DNA from: Raillietiella orientalis
Lineage: Eukaryota
Length of the DNA: 64,000 bases
Direction of reading: 5' to 3'
Assembly (NCBI GenBank): GCA_036172245.1
Contig: JAYWIR010000009.1
Coordinates: 2,294,001 to 2,358,000, forward strand
Below the pieces are notes generated by a model that saw nothing but the letters and a program-made list of their open reading frames with translations, made no database searches and was not told where the DNA came from. Both the position numbers and the translations under genes were made by a program. Below are positions 50,330 through 63,800 of this stretch, piece by piece (the first letter of the stretch is position 1; each line of letters starts with the position of its first letter).

Positions 50330-51150
50330 CGTTGGCATCACTAGTATGACGAAAACTGCCCTTCGCTCTCCATGGAGTCTGTGGAGTGTATGCTTACTGG
50401 AGATCGCTCGAAATTTCTCACTTACGATGCATGTGGTACTGAAGAAACGAGAGTGTGGAACGAGCCCCTGACGGAAGCGCAAGCGTCCTGCACCAGGGTC
50501 TCTTTCCGGGTAGTCGTAGCAACATCGTGAAGATGGGAACTGTCGGTTCAGACTCTCCATTCTCCCAGAGGAAACAGGAACTCCTCGTGGACCGTCGAAA
50601 GCTGCTTTGGCAGTGCAGCGAAGAAAGGTGGATTCGCTATTTCTGCCTAATTTGGAGGGCCGTTCGCTTATCCCAATTCCACGCGAACGGTTTCCGATGA
50701 GGTGGCAGCTGAACCGATCTGAACCCGAAAGATGTGAATACCATTCCTCACCCAGCAACATTTCCTTGAACGCCAGCTTTCAAGAACGGGCATGGGGAAT
50801 TCAGAAAGCGGAGATGTCAGAGACGTTGTCCGGGATGTTATGAAGACCTTCAAAGAAAGTACTGAACTACTTTGTGAAATCGTGAAATCGTGCAGTTGCT
50901 GGGAAATGGGAAGACACATCGCGAAGGAGACCAGAGAGGCTACGTTGCCATGGATGCAACGGTAAGAGCGAGCTGTTCTGAGCACTATGTACCAGTCCAG
51001 TGATAGGTAGGAAATGCTCCTTGGTTTGGTGGTGCGGCCTGCGAAGAAAATTTCTGTTTCGAGCCGTGCTATCCAAAGGAATCGAAGATTCGTTCTCAGC
51101 CAAGGAATGCCTGCCAACCATTTCCGCTCTTCGTACTCGCAAGCGTTCTC
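50330..51150 (+). mobile_element. Decayed piggyBac transposase remnant
   Basis: 'RSPWSLW', 'KVDSLFLPNLEGRSLIPIP' (VDExL..FxGR...P) and 'ATVRAS' (GTVRxN). Confidence 0.45.
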
Positions 51151-52282
51151 TCCAGGAAACTTTGCAGGTCTCGAGACGTTTTGAAATTTGGCACTTAATT
51201 TTGAGATTTTCGTTTTAAAAAAACTTTCAGACCTCTTGAGCAAAATATTTTTTTCACAATATCAAACTGTATAGATAGCTCCAAACATTTCGTGTTAAAC
51301 CTATCCATCTTTGCTGCGGAGGAGCATCTGTCTGACACGTAATTTCCGTGCCTACCTGCACTTTTAAGAGCCCGACTGTGCATTTTTCGGGCGGATTACG
51401 TTTTAGTTAATTCGTTCGCTCTTCAGCCTGAAGACCCAGCTAACCCTTTCAATCATCATCTAAGTTCCAGATTGAATCTCGCCCGGAAGGTATCCTTCTG
51501 AGCCGCCAAAGTCATCGCCAGCATATTTTCTTCAGTGCCACTCGTTGGCCAGCACGTCATCCCGCCTTTATGAGGGAACTTTCTCGCCCCCAATCCTACA
51601 CTCAACTGTTTTTTTTTTTTCTCCTCCCTACACTCGGATGAAAATGGAAGCGAGAAGAAGACTCAAGGCAAGCCCTACAGGGAATGCCCAAATGCTTATT
51701 CCCCCGTTTCGTGGGGAGGAAATTCTAAAGCATATGATAAAATGATGCTTCCAGTTCTAAGTGTCGTGGGAATGCTAAGGCCAGGAGCCAAGGAAACGTT
51801 TCTTATGCTGTTCGTCAGAGAACCGTAGCGGAACTTCAGTTCTGCCTAAATGAACACCGCCGAAGGCGGCGGACTTTTTTGATTTTCTGGAAGTACTCAG
51901 AAAATGTGTTCTGAAGGACCAGCACTTCGGTGTGGTTACGGTAGGTGAAAAAAGATCCGTTCTCGACTTCAAATGCTCAGAGATCTGGAACACCTGAAAT
52001 CGTATAGAAAAAGAACGGAGTTTCCTCAGCTCCGCCGAGAATCGGAATCCAAAAGTTTCTAGCAGCTCGTTTCTCACGAAAGGTAGAACTACTCTAGAAG
52101 GAACGGAATCTGCAAGCATCCATCAGCAGTCGTCCGCGGATAGAGGCTCGTCCGACGTGGACCGTGTGCTCAACAGAGGTGCAGCGTCCATGAGCAAAAA
52201 TGGCGCATTCACACTTTCGGCGAAAGCAAGACGCAGAGCGGCACCATGGAGACCGGCAACACTTGAATGTGCTGAGATTCAG

Positions 52283-52330
52283 TATCCATCTACCTATCTA
52301 TCTAATCTAATCTAATCCAACCTAATGTAA
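52283..52330. repeat. Degenerate (ATCT)/(ATCTA)n simple repeat
   Basis: Directly visible. Confidence 0.8.
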
Positions 52331-52379
52331 TTTATGTGGGTGGATGGATGGTGTGTTTTAAATAGAAGCATGAGCAGCC

Positions 52380-52700
52380 CAAACTGGCCTGTTTCCCCGG
52401 AAACCGGAGGCTGTGCCGGCGGAAGGGGGGAGCGGCGCGTTTCGCGGCACCCGTGGCGGGAAAAATTCCTGAAAGCATCCGAAGTGGATTGCTGCGGGAG
52501 GGGGGGAATCGGGCATACTTAACTCGGGAAAAGTGAGACGGAGGAAAATGGGGCGGCACAACCGGGAAATGTTCAAGGACAAACGCGGAGGGGATGCACG
52601 TGAATGGGTCGGCTGGCTGGCGGGCTGCACACGCTGCGCACGTGCCTGCGCAGCGTGGACTCGCGTCGCGCCTGCTGACGTCTTCCCTTCCAGATCCATT
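52380..52700. promoter_or_regulatory. CpG-rich promoter-like island with E2F motifs
   Basis: TTTCGCGG (~52441) and TGGCGGGAAAA (~52454), a GGGGCGG box, CACGTG, and the 11-bp inverted repeat CACGCTGCGCA / TGCGCAGCGTG (~52630-52657). Confidence 0.4.
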
Positions 52701-53249
52701 TATCTCGAAGGAACCCAACTTCTGGATTGATCGTTAGTTACCAGGGAGGGAGGACGGAGGTATTTGTGTCGGGATGAACCCCCCAAATAAAAAGGGGAAC
52801 CCTCATCGGGCAAGAAGCAAAACGGAAAAAAAAAAGATGAAAAAAGATGAAAGGGACGACGAAAAATGGAGATGAAAAATCGGCCGAGAGGAATTCCGTG
52901 TTCCAATAATTTAGGGGGGCGCGCGGAATGAACGAAGGCATGAAAACGGCAGGAGCGCACAGCGGGAAGGGATCCACGGGCACACAAAAAGGAAGGAGAG
53001 CACCAGTGCCCAGTAGGCGACCCTTGGGCATGAGGATCAGGGAAATAAATGAAAACTTATTAAGGCTAACGACCCGATGAGAAGCCCCTGATTTGTTGCA
53101 GATGTCGGGCTGCAAGAATGGATGCCTTCAGGAGCGCTCATATTAATGACAGGTAAATTGCGTCCCATTACCACTCCCGCTGCTTCTGAGGAGCGTCGGG
53201 TTTGAAGCCGGGAAGTAGGTGACCCACGAAATCTTAATTGAGATGCGTC

Positions 53250-53800
53250 CTTCGCCAGCCCGGGCGAGGCTGAGAGAGAAGGAAGACGAGGGAAAGAAGA
53301 CGCGTAGGATTTGCGAACCGCCTGTGCATCCGGGTTGCCGTGACCCTCTGAGAGTTTCGGCGGCGTCCCCCGTGTTCCCAGGAGGATGAGGGCTGCCAAT
53401 CCAAGGATGTCCAAGCGAAAGCGACCGAGACCATTGGGGTGAGTCGCCAGTGAAGTGAAGTCTTGAGGCTCGGAACGCTTTCCATGACCTTTGACTTGTG
53501 GCGTCCAAAACCTACGACGATCCTGTTCTTGTCCCCGGTAAAAGGGAAAGGGGGAAGGAAGGCAGCCGATCCCCAGGGACCCTGAAGCATCGCTCGGCCT
53601 CAAAAAAAAAAAGAAAGGCATGCCGCTGGCTCCTGCAGCGGGCTGCCCATCATGGTGGCCTCCTCGTGTCTTCGGCACTCGTACCGAGCTGCAGCGCACA
53701 GCCGTGAAATCGCCCCGGGGTGAATCGCAAAGCAGCGCGAGTGAATGAGCTGAAGGAGGTGAAGCCGGAACAGGAGAAGGATTCAGGGAAGTTTCGGATC
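53250..53800 (-). mobile_element. Decayed L1/Tx1-type LINE ORF1 (zinc-knuckle) remnant
   Basis: 'FYRGQEQDRRRFW..VKGH' (YxGQ...CRxC...GH) and 'VRKSYAS' (CPxSYA). Confidence 0.5.
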
Positions 53801-54179
53801 GGTGCGAAAGGCTCGCGCGCGTCTTCAGGTGCCCGAATGCCTGTTGTTCCCGATCCACGTGCTCTGCAGATCAAAGCGCAGCACTTGAACTCTCACGATC
53901 CGCTCAAAGCATGGGATCATTTTCTAGCGTCGGAGCATTTATTTTTCTTCTAAACTCTCGGTGGATTGGAGGAAGCAATCCCTTTCGGAATTTGCCCAGC
54001 ACCCTTCCTTCTTCCTGTTCATGGTACCTGATTTCCTTGAATGAAGGACAAAAAACTTCATTATTCTTCCTGACATGTTCATTAGGATTTCAAGTGCCTT
54101 CCGCTTACCTAGCGCCCCAAATCCTTATTGCCGGGAATTTCCTTCGGTTAAGAGGCCCTGCTACGTAACTCGAGTTTGC

Positions 54180-54950
54180 TCCACCTTCCCGGTCCGGCGC
54201 GTGATCTCCCTCGTCCTGTTTGCTCAATAGGGCCAGGAACCTCTCTAGATTTAGACGAGCTTTCCTTTTGCCTGGCCCCATCATCTCCAAAATCGAATGC
54301 TCCGAACGAAAAAAAAGCCTTCCCATTTGCTCCCTGCTCGGGACTGCTCGATATTGCTTTCGAATGCCCAACACGGGGACGTCTGATGTCTTTTACCGAC
54401 GCGAGAGGCACATTAGCTGTAGCTGTCGATGGTAAAAGGAGCGTTAAAATACTCGGGGCAGAAAAGCGATCACGCATCCTAGAAATGTAGAGTTGATGAA
54501 TCAAAACTGCTCAATGAGAGATCATGCAAGGATGATGATGCGCACTCTGCGGCACGCCATCCGCTGGAACGCGTCTCGAGACAAGGCAACTGTTGATCCT
54601 GGAGTGATTGCTCTCGATCTTCCGAGAATGATCGGCTTTCGGCCCCCGGATCTCGTGAGACGGCCGTGAGATTACCATGAGCTGCTTGCAGCAAGTCTTT
54701 CGGCCCTCTCACAGCCTCCAGATCCCGTCTTGTACGCACTCCAGGCTCCAGGTCGTGTTCTTCTTCAGCTGGGTACGTTTCGCCGTCGTAGCTTTTCTCA
54801 TCCTGCGCATTGCTGTTGCTCCCGGTCCCAAGTATCTTCGTCGGGAGAATCCATATTCAAAAGTCAGTTATTGTTCACGTATCTTCCTGATTGCCCCAAG
54901 GAGGAGGCGAAACAAAAAAGAAGCTCAGTTCTTAGAGCTCTCTTAGAAAC
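54180..54950 (+). mobile_element. Decayed LINE RT N-terminal remnant
   Basis: 'LDLDELSFCLAPSSPKS...ECPTRGRL...RGTLAV' resembles EL..AL....KSPG...GxL...GxIxL. Confidence 0.5.
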
Positions 54951-56499
54951 CAAGATGATTTTCTCCCTTCCCCCCCCCCCTCTCACCAGAGGCTACACAT
55001 CCCACAGACTGAGTGAAGAATCAAACTGACTACGCCGTCACTGTAAAAACAATCCTGAGTCCCAGAGAGAGCATGGCAGTCGAAGGAGGAAGAAGTGGAG
55101 CGTGGGTGCAAACAAAGGATTCGACAGAGTCGCACTCCCGAGCCTTCGCGAGATGGTAACGTGGGAACGCACGTTCCGATACCAGCAGGCGCAAATTCCG
55201 TAGTCACTTCCATCCGGGAAGGACTGGGCAAAAAAAATAATGAATAATCTCTCCTGGAAGTGTCGCCATTCGAACGTGCTACAGCGTGCTCTCACGTCAG
55301 CAAAACTACTCATCTCGCTCATCCGTTTCTTCCACCCGGAGACGCCGAATGTGAGAAGCGTCTCCATGATCAAACTCTTGGTGAATCGTTCCAGAAGAGC
55401 TTCATCGTCTCAAAAGATTACACGGAGATTCGAGTTGACAGCAGGGTCAAGCGTTTGTCAGGCAGATGCGAAATGTCGATCAAGTGCAATAGCCGCTAGA
55501 CAGCGGAAACGTCAGGAAAGTCATCAAGGTGTTCACGTAGGAACCGCCTTGTCGTTCGTCATGCGCATGCAAGTGATGCTGCGAGTGTTATGCAATCTGT
55601 AAAGGCAGTAAGTAAATCTGAAGGGTTGGGTTCTCCGGCAAAGAGGTCGATTCTGTTTACCGTGGGCATAGCTTAAAAGGGCAGTGGATATTTTCTGATG
55701 CTGAATCTGAACGGGTAGGTCCAGATCACGAGACGATACAAAGAAGGCTGAAGGAGGCCACTGATTGAAAAAGGAATGTGAAAAGAAAAGCCAACCAGCC
55801 GGAAGCATACTCAAAAATCCGAAAGACTGCCGAGCAGTTTTCCCCGGTCCGACTCCCGGTGGGGTGAATTTGCTTTTGGCGACCTTATGTTAATGTATTG
55901 CATTTCACTTTCTCGGGGTTTGAAAATATCACTGAGTGCCACTTGCTTTTTGGGGTACTCTTCGGGAATGGAGTCAGTAGGTTCCTGTGGGGATTCTCGC
56001 TTGACTATGTTCCTCAATCCTTTGCAGGATGTAGCGGTAAGTCCAAGAGGGAAGGCTTCCACAGCTCCGGATCCCAATTTTGCTTCTTCAATAACCCTTT
56101 CGTAATGCTACTGCGGGCGCGTTGTTCGTCCGGGTCCGCATTTTTGCCCTTCTTATCAGGATGCTCGTGATGAAGAGGCGATAGTAGTGCGGATCATTGA
56201 GTTGTACCAGGGAACGTTCCCCTCGCCAGCATCTCCATCTTCCTCACCGTCTGCAGTCCGATCATCTCTGTCAGCTTGGACCACTCGCGGCTCAGAGTCG
56301 TGCAGGTGACTACGTGGAGTTGGATTTCCCTGTCTCCACGGACCTTCTAGATCTCGTCCTGGCTGTCTCCTGACCGGTGCTGCGGCCCTCGTGCCGCTCA
56401 GGATGCCTCTGTGGGAAAACATCAGATCACCCTGGTTGTCGGGTGGTAAGTGCTCGTCCAGACGGTGGTTCCAACCGCCAGCAGGTTCACCTGGGGCGG

Positions 56500-58130
56500 C
56501 ATCCGTAGCGGCTGGCAGTCACAGATAGAGCGCCGTCCCCTTCCGGATTCTTCGTCGCCACTTCCAGGATGTTTGCTCTGGCTATCAGGCGCCAGCAGTT
56601 GGATTCCTGATATGTCCAGACTTCCCGGTACTTGTGCGTCAATGTTCCCGCCATCTTCGTAGTGAGGCGAGGCCGTCGCATCTTTTGGCGGCTGGTGAAA
56701 GACCACCGAGCATGGAAACTGATTGCTGAATCTGGCTGTCAATCGAGGATCAAATAATAGCCGAGCTAAAATTTCTAACCAGCACTGCCACTTTCATTAC
56801 TCAATTGAAAAGATGCAATCAGACTTGCAAAATCCTGGAGACAAGGTGAGATATGCAATGAAAGATAGTGAGGTTTATGGCCACCATTTGATGTTCACCA
56901 AGGATCAGGAAGTGCTGTGGATAAAAACGAGAATCTGGAACGGAACACGTGCTCCTACTTCGAGGTGAGCAGCTGCTACATCGGACGTTTTATTTGGACG
57001 ATTCTCGGTCTTGTGTTTCCATGGATTACATCACATGTAACCTCCAGTGTACGAGTACATCCCATGTAGTTGTACGCTGGCGGGAAAACGTTTGCTGCTG
57101 CTTTCCCGATCACCGATCCAACTTCCTGCGATAACGCTTATAACTACAGTATGACGCTGTGTGGATCTTCTGCTGCAAAGTTTCTGCCTTTTTCATTAAA
57201 ATTCTTCTTGCATGTGTTTCTGGTAAGACGCTTTCGACGTCCACCACTCGAGGGAAAAAAATTACGAGACACCAGGAGCAGGATGAATCTCCGTATCCAT
57301 CAGTGCACGGGGTGTCTTTAGTTTGGCATTCACTCCGTGTGTAGCAAGGAGGAGCAACCAGCAAACCCTTTATCCCCATCAATTCTGGAGTACGCCGATG
57401 GTAACTTTTGGAGCTGTAGAATGCTTCCTTCCGAAAATCTTTCCGGGAAGTTCGTTAACTTTGAACCAATGCTGAAAGTTTTATTCGGATTGCCGGTCAG
57501 CTTTGAGGACCTGCTTTTGCTGGTACGGCTTCTCTCTCTTCCGACCTCCTGTTCCCGATTCAGTTATCATTAGCCTGTAGCCGTCGCTCATTAAATGAAG
57601 TAGGCTGATGTCATCTCTTTGTGGAGCACTTTAAGTGGGTTTCGAAGAATCCCGGTGATCTCCACCACATTCCCTTCATTAAACCAGACGAAAAACCAAA
57701 TTGCAGGCTCTTACTTTTAATAGATCTGTCATTTCTTTCAAGAACTGCCTGACACATTTTTGCAGGGATACTCTGGAATGCATGCGGAGGGGTCTGCTCG
57801 TGGAATTTAGTTCTTAGGCTCAATCACGGGGAACAAAGGATGCGTTTGAAGAGAATGCCAATCCCTGCGGACCTCACCCTGGTCGTCAGTTCATCATAAT
57901 AATTCCACGAAGAAAAGGAAACTTTGCGAACACACTCCGGGATTTAATCAGCTTCCGTTCCTCACTCGTCACGTTTCCCACATGCACTCTCGGAAAGGCT
58001 GCCAGGAATCGGACTTGAAGTGGAGATGTGACCATCCCATCGTGTTGCGGGGCTGTACCAAAAATTTTCGACTGCCGGCAATGCCACCTGCTCAAAAGAA
58101 TTCCGCGTTTTTGCTTACCGGAAGGTTCGG
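56500..58130 (+). mobile_element. Near full-length but decayed piggyBac transposase
   Basis: In order: 'SPSGFF', 'HCHF...DKVRY' (LHF..KVRP), 'AVDK', 'CVSMDY', 'CDNAYN' (DNFYTS), 'LLIDLS' and 'DCRQCHL'. Confidence 0.55.
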
Positions 58131-58649
58131 AGGGATTTCATCTCTGATCGCCTATTTTTTTTTATTTATCGCCAGTGGAAGAGTGGAGCTTCCGCTCCTT
58201 CCACTCTGGAAGAGCAAAGTCTCGTCTGCAGTGTGACTCCATGGGCGAGACGATCCAAACAGGCGGGATTCGCTGCGTCGCCTGATAATTGCACCGGTAG
58301 TCATCGTTTCACTTGTACCAGTTGGGAAAACATCTCCAGCAAGCTGCACACTCGCCTGCTAGTGGGTGAAATGGGCCCGCATGCTAGGTAATTCGTTTGT
58401 TTCCATGCTGGAAACGTGAATGACCCTGTAACTGAGAACGGGTCAGCTCAGAGCGCGTTCGGAAAACACTGGAACACTGGGATATTGTGAAGCACAACTT
58501 CTCAAGCCAATACGACTAATAGGAGATGGATCAAAAATCCGCAATGAACCAAGGAAAAACAACAACAACAACAACAAAAAAAAAAAAAAAACACTAGCTT
58601 GCTCTCCTTGAACTCTTCGGTGGTACAAGGGAAGCTGTCTCCGTGACGT

Positions 58650-59760
58650 TTCTGGTGGTTGTTCAGACGGAAACGACGGCACCCAATTAGCCACACTTCC
58701 TCTGTCCTGGAGTCTCTGGCTGCACCTCGTTTCCCGATTTCACGCTGCACGAACGAAATGCGGGAATTCTTACGGTACGAACAGCCTACGCATCATTTGT
58801 TGTTTCACAATCACATGGGAAGATTCGAGCTCCCAATTTCGCTGGAATGTGAGGTGGGCCGTGCTCGGCGTGAGTTGGGATTCAATAACCAGGAGAAAAG
58901 CAGGGAGGAATGCAAATGATGATGCCTTGGAGTCGAGGATGAGATGACACGACAGCTCCCGCGTCAGTCTGCAAGGTGCATCAGGGCAAACTGACCTCAA
59001 TCAATCCTCCTTCGGGATCCTTGATATTCGCAACCGCAATGTGTTCCCCCCTACATCTATTAAAGATCGTAGAATAGCGTCCTTTAATCTGTGAGAATTC
59101 TTCCCCATCGCGGAGGGGCATGGAAATTCCTGCAAATTTTGGAAATTGGGATCTGCTTGTACGTGTATGGAAGGATGCGGGGCTGCTTTAGGCAAAATCG
59201 CTATGGCAGCAGCCCCTCGAAATCCGACAAACCGACCAATCCGTCAGATTCGCAAATTTTCCCGAAACTTCACTCGTTTTTGGTGGTTGGAATAGAAAAT
59301 GACGGGAATGGGGATCTCATCTACCGTGGATGTCTGGACCCTACTGCTCGCACTGCAGCCGGACGAAGTGAGACGCCTTACGCTTGCCTCCATGCTGGAC
59401 CCCATCGATTGGGACAGATCCTGCCGATGAAGGAAGCGACCAAGAAGAGCCAAAGCCAACCGGTGTGGACGCCAACGGGTTTCGTTGGAAGGGATTTCCA
59501 TATCTTCGTGCGGGAAGAACAGGATGAACGTACAGACAAGTGAGTGAAGATGACGAAGATTGTAAATCCCCGTGTCCATCCAGTAAACAGGGCTGCATGT
59601 GAGCTTCGACTGCATCCCGCGAGTCCACATCTGCTATGGTATCTCCGATGTCGAGTTTCCGTTTTCTTTTGCATGGGTGGAACCCTTCCGCAGCTGCTCC
59701 GAGAGATGGTAAGAACGGCCAAGGAAGAATTCTCTAGCGGTCAGCGTCTTGGCCTCTGAT
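58650..59760 (+). mobile_element. Decayed piggyBac transposase remnant
   Basis: 'CTNEMREF' (IDExM..F), 'GCFRQNR' (GTxRxNR) and 'HAGPHRLGQIL...TKK' (MGGVDRLDQxL...RK). Confidence 0.5.
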
Positions 59761-60439
59761 TCTCAAATTGCATTACCTCTGTCAACAAGAATTCCTTTCC
59801 ATTCTTCATTGCCTAATCGCTGGTGATAAATCTGAATTCGCTGCTGGGGTTGAAAATCGTTTCCTGGTCCCTCAGATGCTCTGGAGAGGACACCTGGTAG
59901 CTGGAGTGTTTCTCACTTGTGATCGTTCACGTGTTTGCATCGATATGTCGCACATCTTTGGTTTGTGGGGTTCCGAGGGAGGCATTTAAATTTCAGATGA
60001 TTCCGTACGAATAAATTCGCAGCATTTAATGAGATCTGAGTCTGAAAAGGAAGCACTCGATGCGACGAGACTGCACATAAGGAAGAGCACTCAACGCCTG
60101 GGAAGGAGTGGCCGGAAGCAACACGGGAAACTTCTTGCTCTGCATCCGAAAACTCAACCTTCTTGTTTCGGGAAGACGGAAGGGAATTGAAAAGTTTCCA
60201 GATTCCAGTGGTATACACTAACAGCATGCTTGCGTACAGCTACGATCAGGCCGAACGAGCAAGAGTGACAGCCATTTTTCTTTCTTTCTACGAATTCCTC
60301 ACAGCGCCAGTGGTGTGACAACAAGAGAAAGGATTTCTCTACAGCAAGTACACACGAGATGACTGGAGGATGGAAGGCAACCAGACAGCGGCGCATTTGC
60401 GAGCCGATGATGAGGAGATACAGTTTCCGAGTATTCCTA

Positions 60440-61566
60440 GAAACTGAGCTATTGAGGTGGCATCGAAGCGAAATGTACAGACAGTTTCTCATCAGCAGTG
60501 GCTGTTGTTCGTCATGGCAACTGGGAACACGAAAGAAGAGGAACGTGCGAAACACTCTTTGCCAAGCCTCCTCGAAATGATTGCTTTTTTTTTTTTTTTT
60601 CTTCACTAATGCCACAGAATGAACGTTCAGATCTTTGGAAGCACTCCCCCCCCCAAATAATTGCTTCTGTATAATTTATTACGAGTTTTGCACATATTCT
60701 AAAGCTGAAGGAAATATAAATGTTCGAAGCGAATCTCATGGATTTCGGACACTTTTGCATGAATTCTAATTAAACTTCGGGAGTATTCACCACGTTTGGT
60801 CTGAAAACTTAGCACAGATGTTGCTCTGCTCAGATTTTTATTTTATCTCTCGCCGCGCATTTCGGAGTGAAAACTTTGTGCGCAGGAAGACTTATAGCAG
60901 TGAGTCGCTAGGATAATGAAAATTTCTCCCTATCAAACGAAGGCCTGTTATTGAAATCTCTCTTAAAAGCACGGGAAAAAAAAAACAAGTGCGAAATGAA
61001 GTTTTTGGCACCGGGGCCCAATGTGTTGCTTGCAGAGATCTGAGAGCACCCCGTGCAAGAGGAAAAAATGCAATTCAGTACATTAGGGGAAAGAAACCAC
61101 CGAGAGAAGCACTCGGTTTCCTCAGTTTTGGTGCACTTTACGTTTTGCACAAAGAAAACACTCCACCGACACTTTCCCACGTGAAATTTGCATGGGTGAA
61201 ATCGTCCGCAGCAACAGCTAATGCCATAGCTACGACCTTGTTTTGAAGATCTTTCAGAAGCTGAATCGCCGCCTCATGAAAGCGTTTACCTCTTCATCTA
61301 GGAGAATGCCCCTTGCTTACTCCTGGATACCCGGTTCATTCCTGTGTGCATTTCCTTGGGTCGTTGGTTTGCAGCTACCACCAGGAATGCACACACCTCA
61401 GCGCTGCTTCTGGGTGTTTCCTGTAGCGGGCGAGAAACGAGGAGGCATCGAAACCGAATGAACACGCAGTTTTTCCACCGACGGTGGCTGCTGTCCGTCA
61501 TGACAACTGGAAACACGAAAGAGGAACGTGCAAGAAACACGCTTTGCCGAGCCTCTTCGAAATGAT
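60440..61566. repeat. Diverged ~140-bp direct repeat pair (60440-60583 and 61430-61566), possibly LINE 3' remnants
   Basis: Shared GGCATCGAA...GTGGCTG...CGTCATG.CAACTGG.AACACGAAAGA...CTTTGCC.AGCCTC.TCGAAATGAT. Confidence 0.8.
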
Positions 61567-61799
61567 GTCCTGCACCACCAGCTGGCGATTCCTTGGGCTG
61601 CAAGTCAAGCGATGAGAGTTCGGGATGAACAACTTGAAGTGGTCCAAGTAAACAAGATCCAGTGCTGATGCGAACCGGCAGGGATGGCTCCAACTCTCGA
61701 GTCGGCGTTCAATTGTGTTCACGGTAGTGGGATGTTGCGGCCATGGCAAAACAACAGCAGATAACCTCAGAGCAATGGAACGCATTCGAAACACAGAGA

Positions 61800-62600
61800 T
61801 GATGTCTTCTAGAACTTCTTGCTGCAAATACCTGCTAAAAGAGTCTATCCCTGTGTTTATCTTTTCCTTGAAAAATCATCCTGGGATGTTACTCAAGAAG
61901 CGGTCCAGAAGATCCAGTCAGATTAGCTTCAAAAGCAATCCTTCTGAAAACTATGTCCGCTGTTCGTCCTCCCCGCTCTTGCTTTCTGTTCATTGCAGAA
62001 CACATCTTCAACTGCAGCTCAGTGATCGGAGGCTGCAAACTAAACTCCAAGATCAGACTACAGCATTTGATTGGTCACCTTTAATTCGGACAAACGGTCA
62101 TGCAGAGTCAATTGGAAACGTGGATATAGGTAAAGTTCCTCATACGAAAAGATGCTGCGTTACTCTTGACAAATGGAAGAACCGGAAGAAAGTGGATTGG
62201 ATGAAAATGCTTTGATAGATGCAGCCTCATTTCGTCGGCGCCTTCAGGAATACCACCTTGCAAGGAGCTACAAATGGCTTGGAATTTGCAGAAGACCTTT
62301 CAACAAATGCTCTCTCCGTTACCTATATGTGATGAAGAAAACTCTGTCATAGATGTCGAAGAGCCTAATTTATAAGTTACGTCAGTGGAGATGCTCTTAT
62401 ACCTTAGGAATATCCCCTTTGGATACTTCCCGTATCCAGCAGACTTGTGAAACGGATGATACTCGAGGATTATTCAGTGCTTTAGAGGATTTAGAAGGCG
62501 CAGCAAATGTTTAGTGACTTGAGGTCTTGCAGTTTCCATTCGTTTGTCAGGAATCACGAAATTTCAGCCGAGTCCTCCCTGTGGTCAAACACGCAATCTT
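61800..62600 (+). mobile_element. Decayed piggyBac transposase remnant
   Basis: 'NYVRCSSSPLL', 'LIRTN' and 'LDKWKNRKKV' (LKWKDKRxV). Confidence 0.45.
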
Positions 62601-62949
62601 TTAGAGCAGCGTTTGCTCTTTCTCGATTGCACACTGACTGCGGGGATGAGAAAATCTCATTCACTGTGTGAACATGGAATACTCTTCTCCAGAATGCAAC
62701 GGTAGCACTTCATATCCATTTCAGAAACTGTCCTCTCATCATGAACGGAAAAAAAAAAAAAAAAAATGGAAAGCAAGCTATGAAGAGGATGCCTTCCTAC
62801 GCCGCTCGGAAACTGAAATCTTCGGTTCCTTTGTAATCATCTCATCATGTGCACTCTTCAGATTTGAGCGCGAGCTGCGAAACTGTCACTCCTTCGATTG
62901 GACATCTAGCTACTGCTAGAGATGCTGCAGAAGGAATTCAAAAGGTCGG

Positions 62950-63800
62950 CAGCTTTTTAAAATCTTAGTTAGGAATTTACTTGGGAACCTCTTGAGCTTG
63001 CTGTAGGGAACAGCAAGGAATGTACTGAACGGCCGTGATTCCCGCAGATTTGTTCTCCATCAATATAAACTCACGACCATCAGAGTGCTGTGATCTCCAC
63101 ACTGTAGCATCCTTTTCATCTTGGAAATGCCGTAAATTCCTTACTGTGCTGCTTTCAAAGCTTGTGAGCCACAGGAAATCTAAAGGTCATTATGTGCCCG
63201 TCACTTCACCTTAAGCTACAGCAAAATTCTTGGTGCAGCGCGAGGAACGTCCTTTTTTTCTGGCTCTCGAAGGCACAGTGGTTTGACACTCACCCCATTA
63301 CGACAACCTCATTCTGGCGCAGCTTTTTAACTCAAAGAAACATCTTGGGTGCTCACTCTTCCAACCCATATGATTACAATTCTTCGAAAGCATCATTCCT
63401 TTCACATCTCCAGATTCCCCTTGTGTGTTCTATGGATCCACTACTTTAGGTTTTCTTCCTTACTAATCAGCGTGTCACGTGGTAATTCTCAGAAGGAAAC
63501 GTAGGGAGGGAAACTTATCCTCGTGTCTCAGTAGACTGTTACCCGGCAGCGTGTGGAGGACCCCGGATCTTCGGCAAGACCCGACGCCGCTTCGTAAATT
63601 CTCCCAGTTTGGCAATGGGGCTGAAATTTTCAGTTCGGTGTCTGTGCACATTTGAGGAGGGAAAAGTTCATGTCGAGAGCCGGCAAACGAACTGCATGGG
63701 GAAAGAAATGTGGAAGAAAATTCAAAACCCATCTCGGAAACTGGTGCTCTTTTCCTGGAGCAGCAGACTCCCACATCAAAGTGATGTCCAGATCGCGAGG
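62950..63800 (-). mobile_element. Decayed piggyBac (PGBD4-like) transposase remnant
   Basis: 'KISAPLPNWENL...TLPGNSLLRHED' resembles DKLAPIR..W..F...YxPG..LTVDE. Confidence 0.4.
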
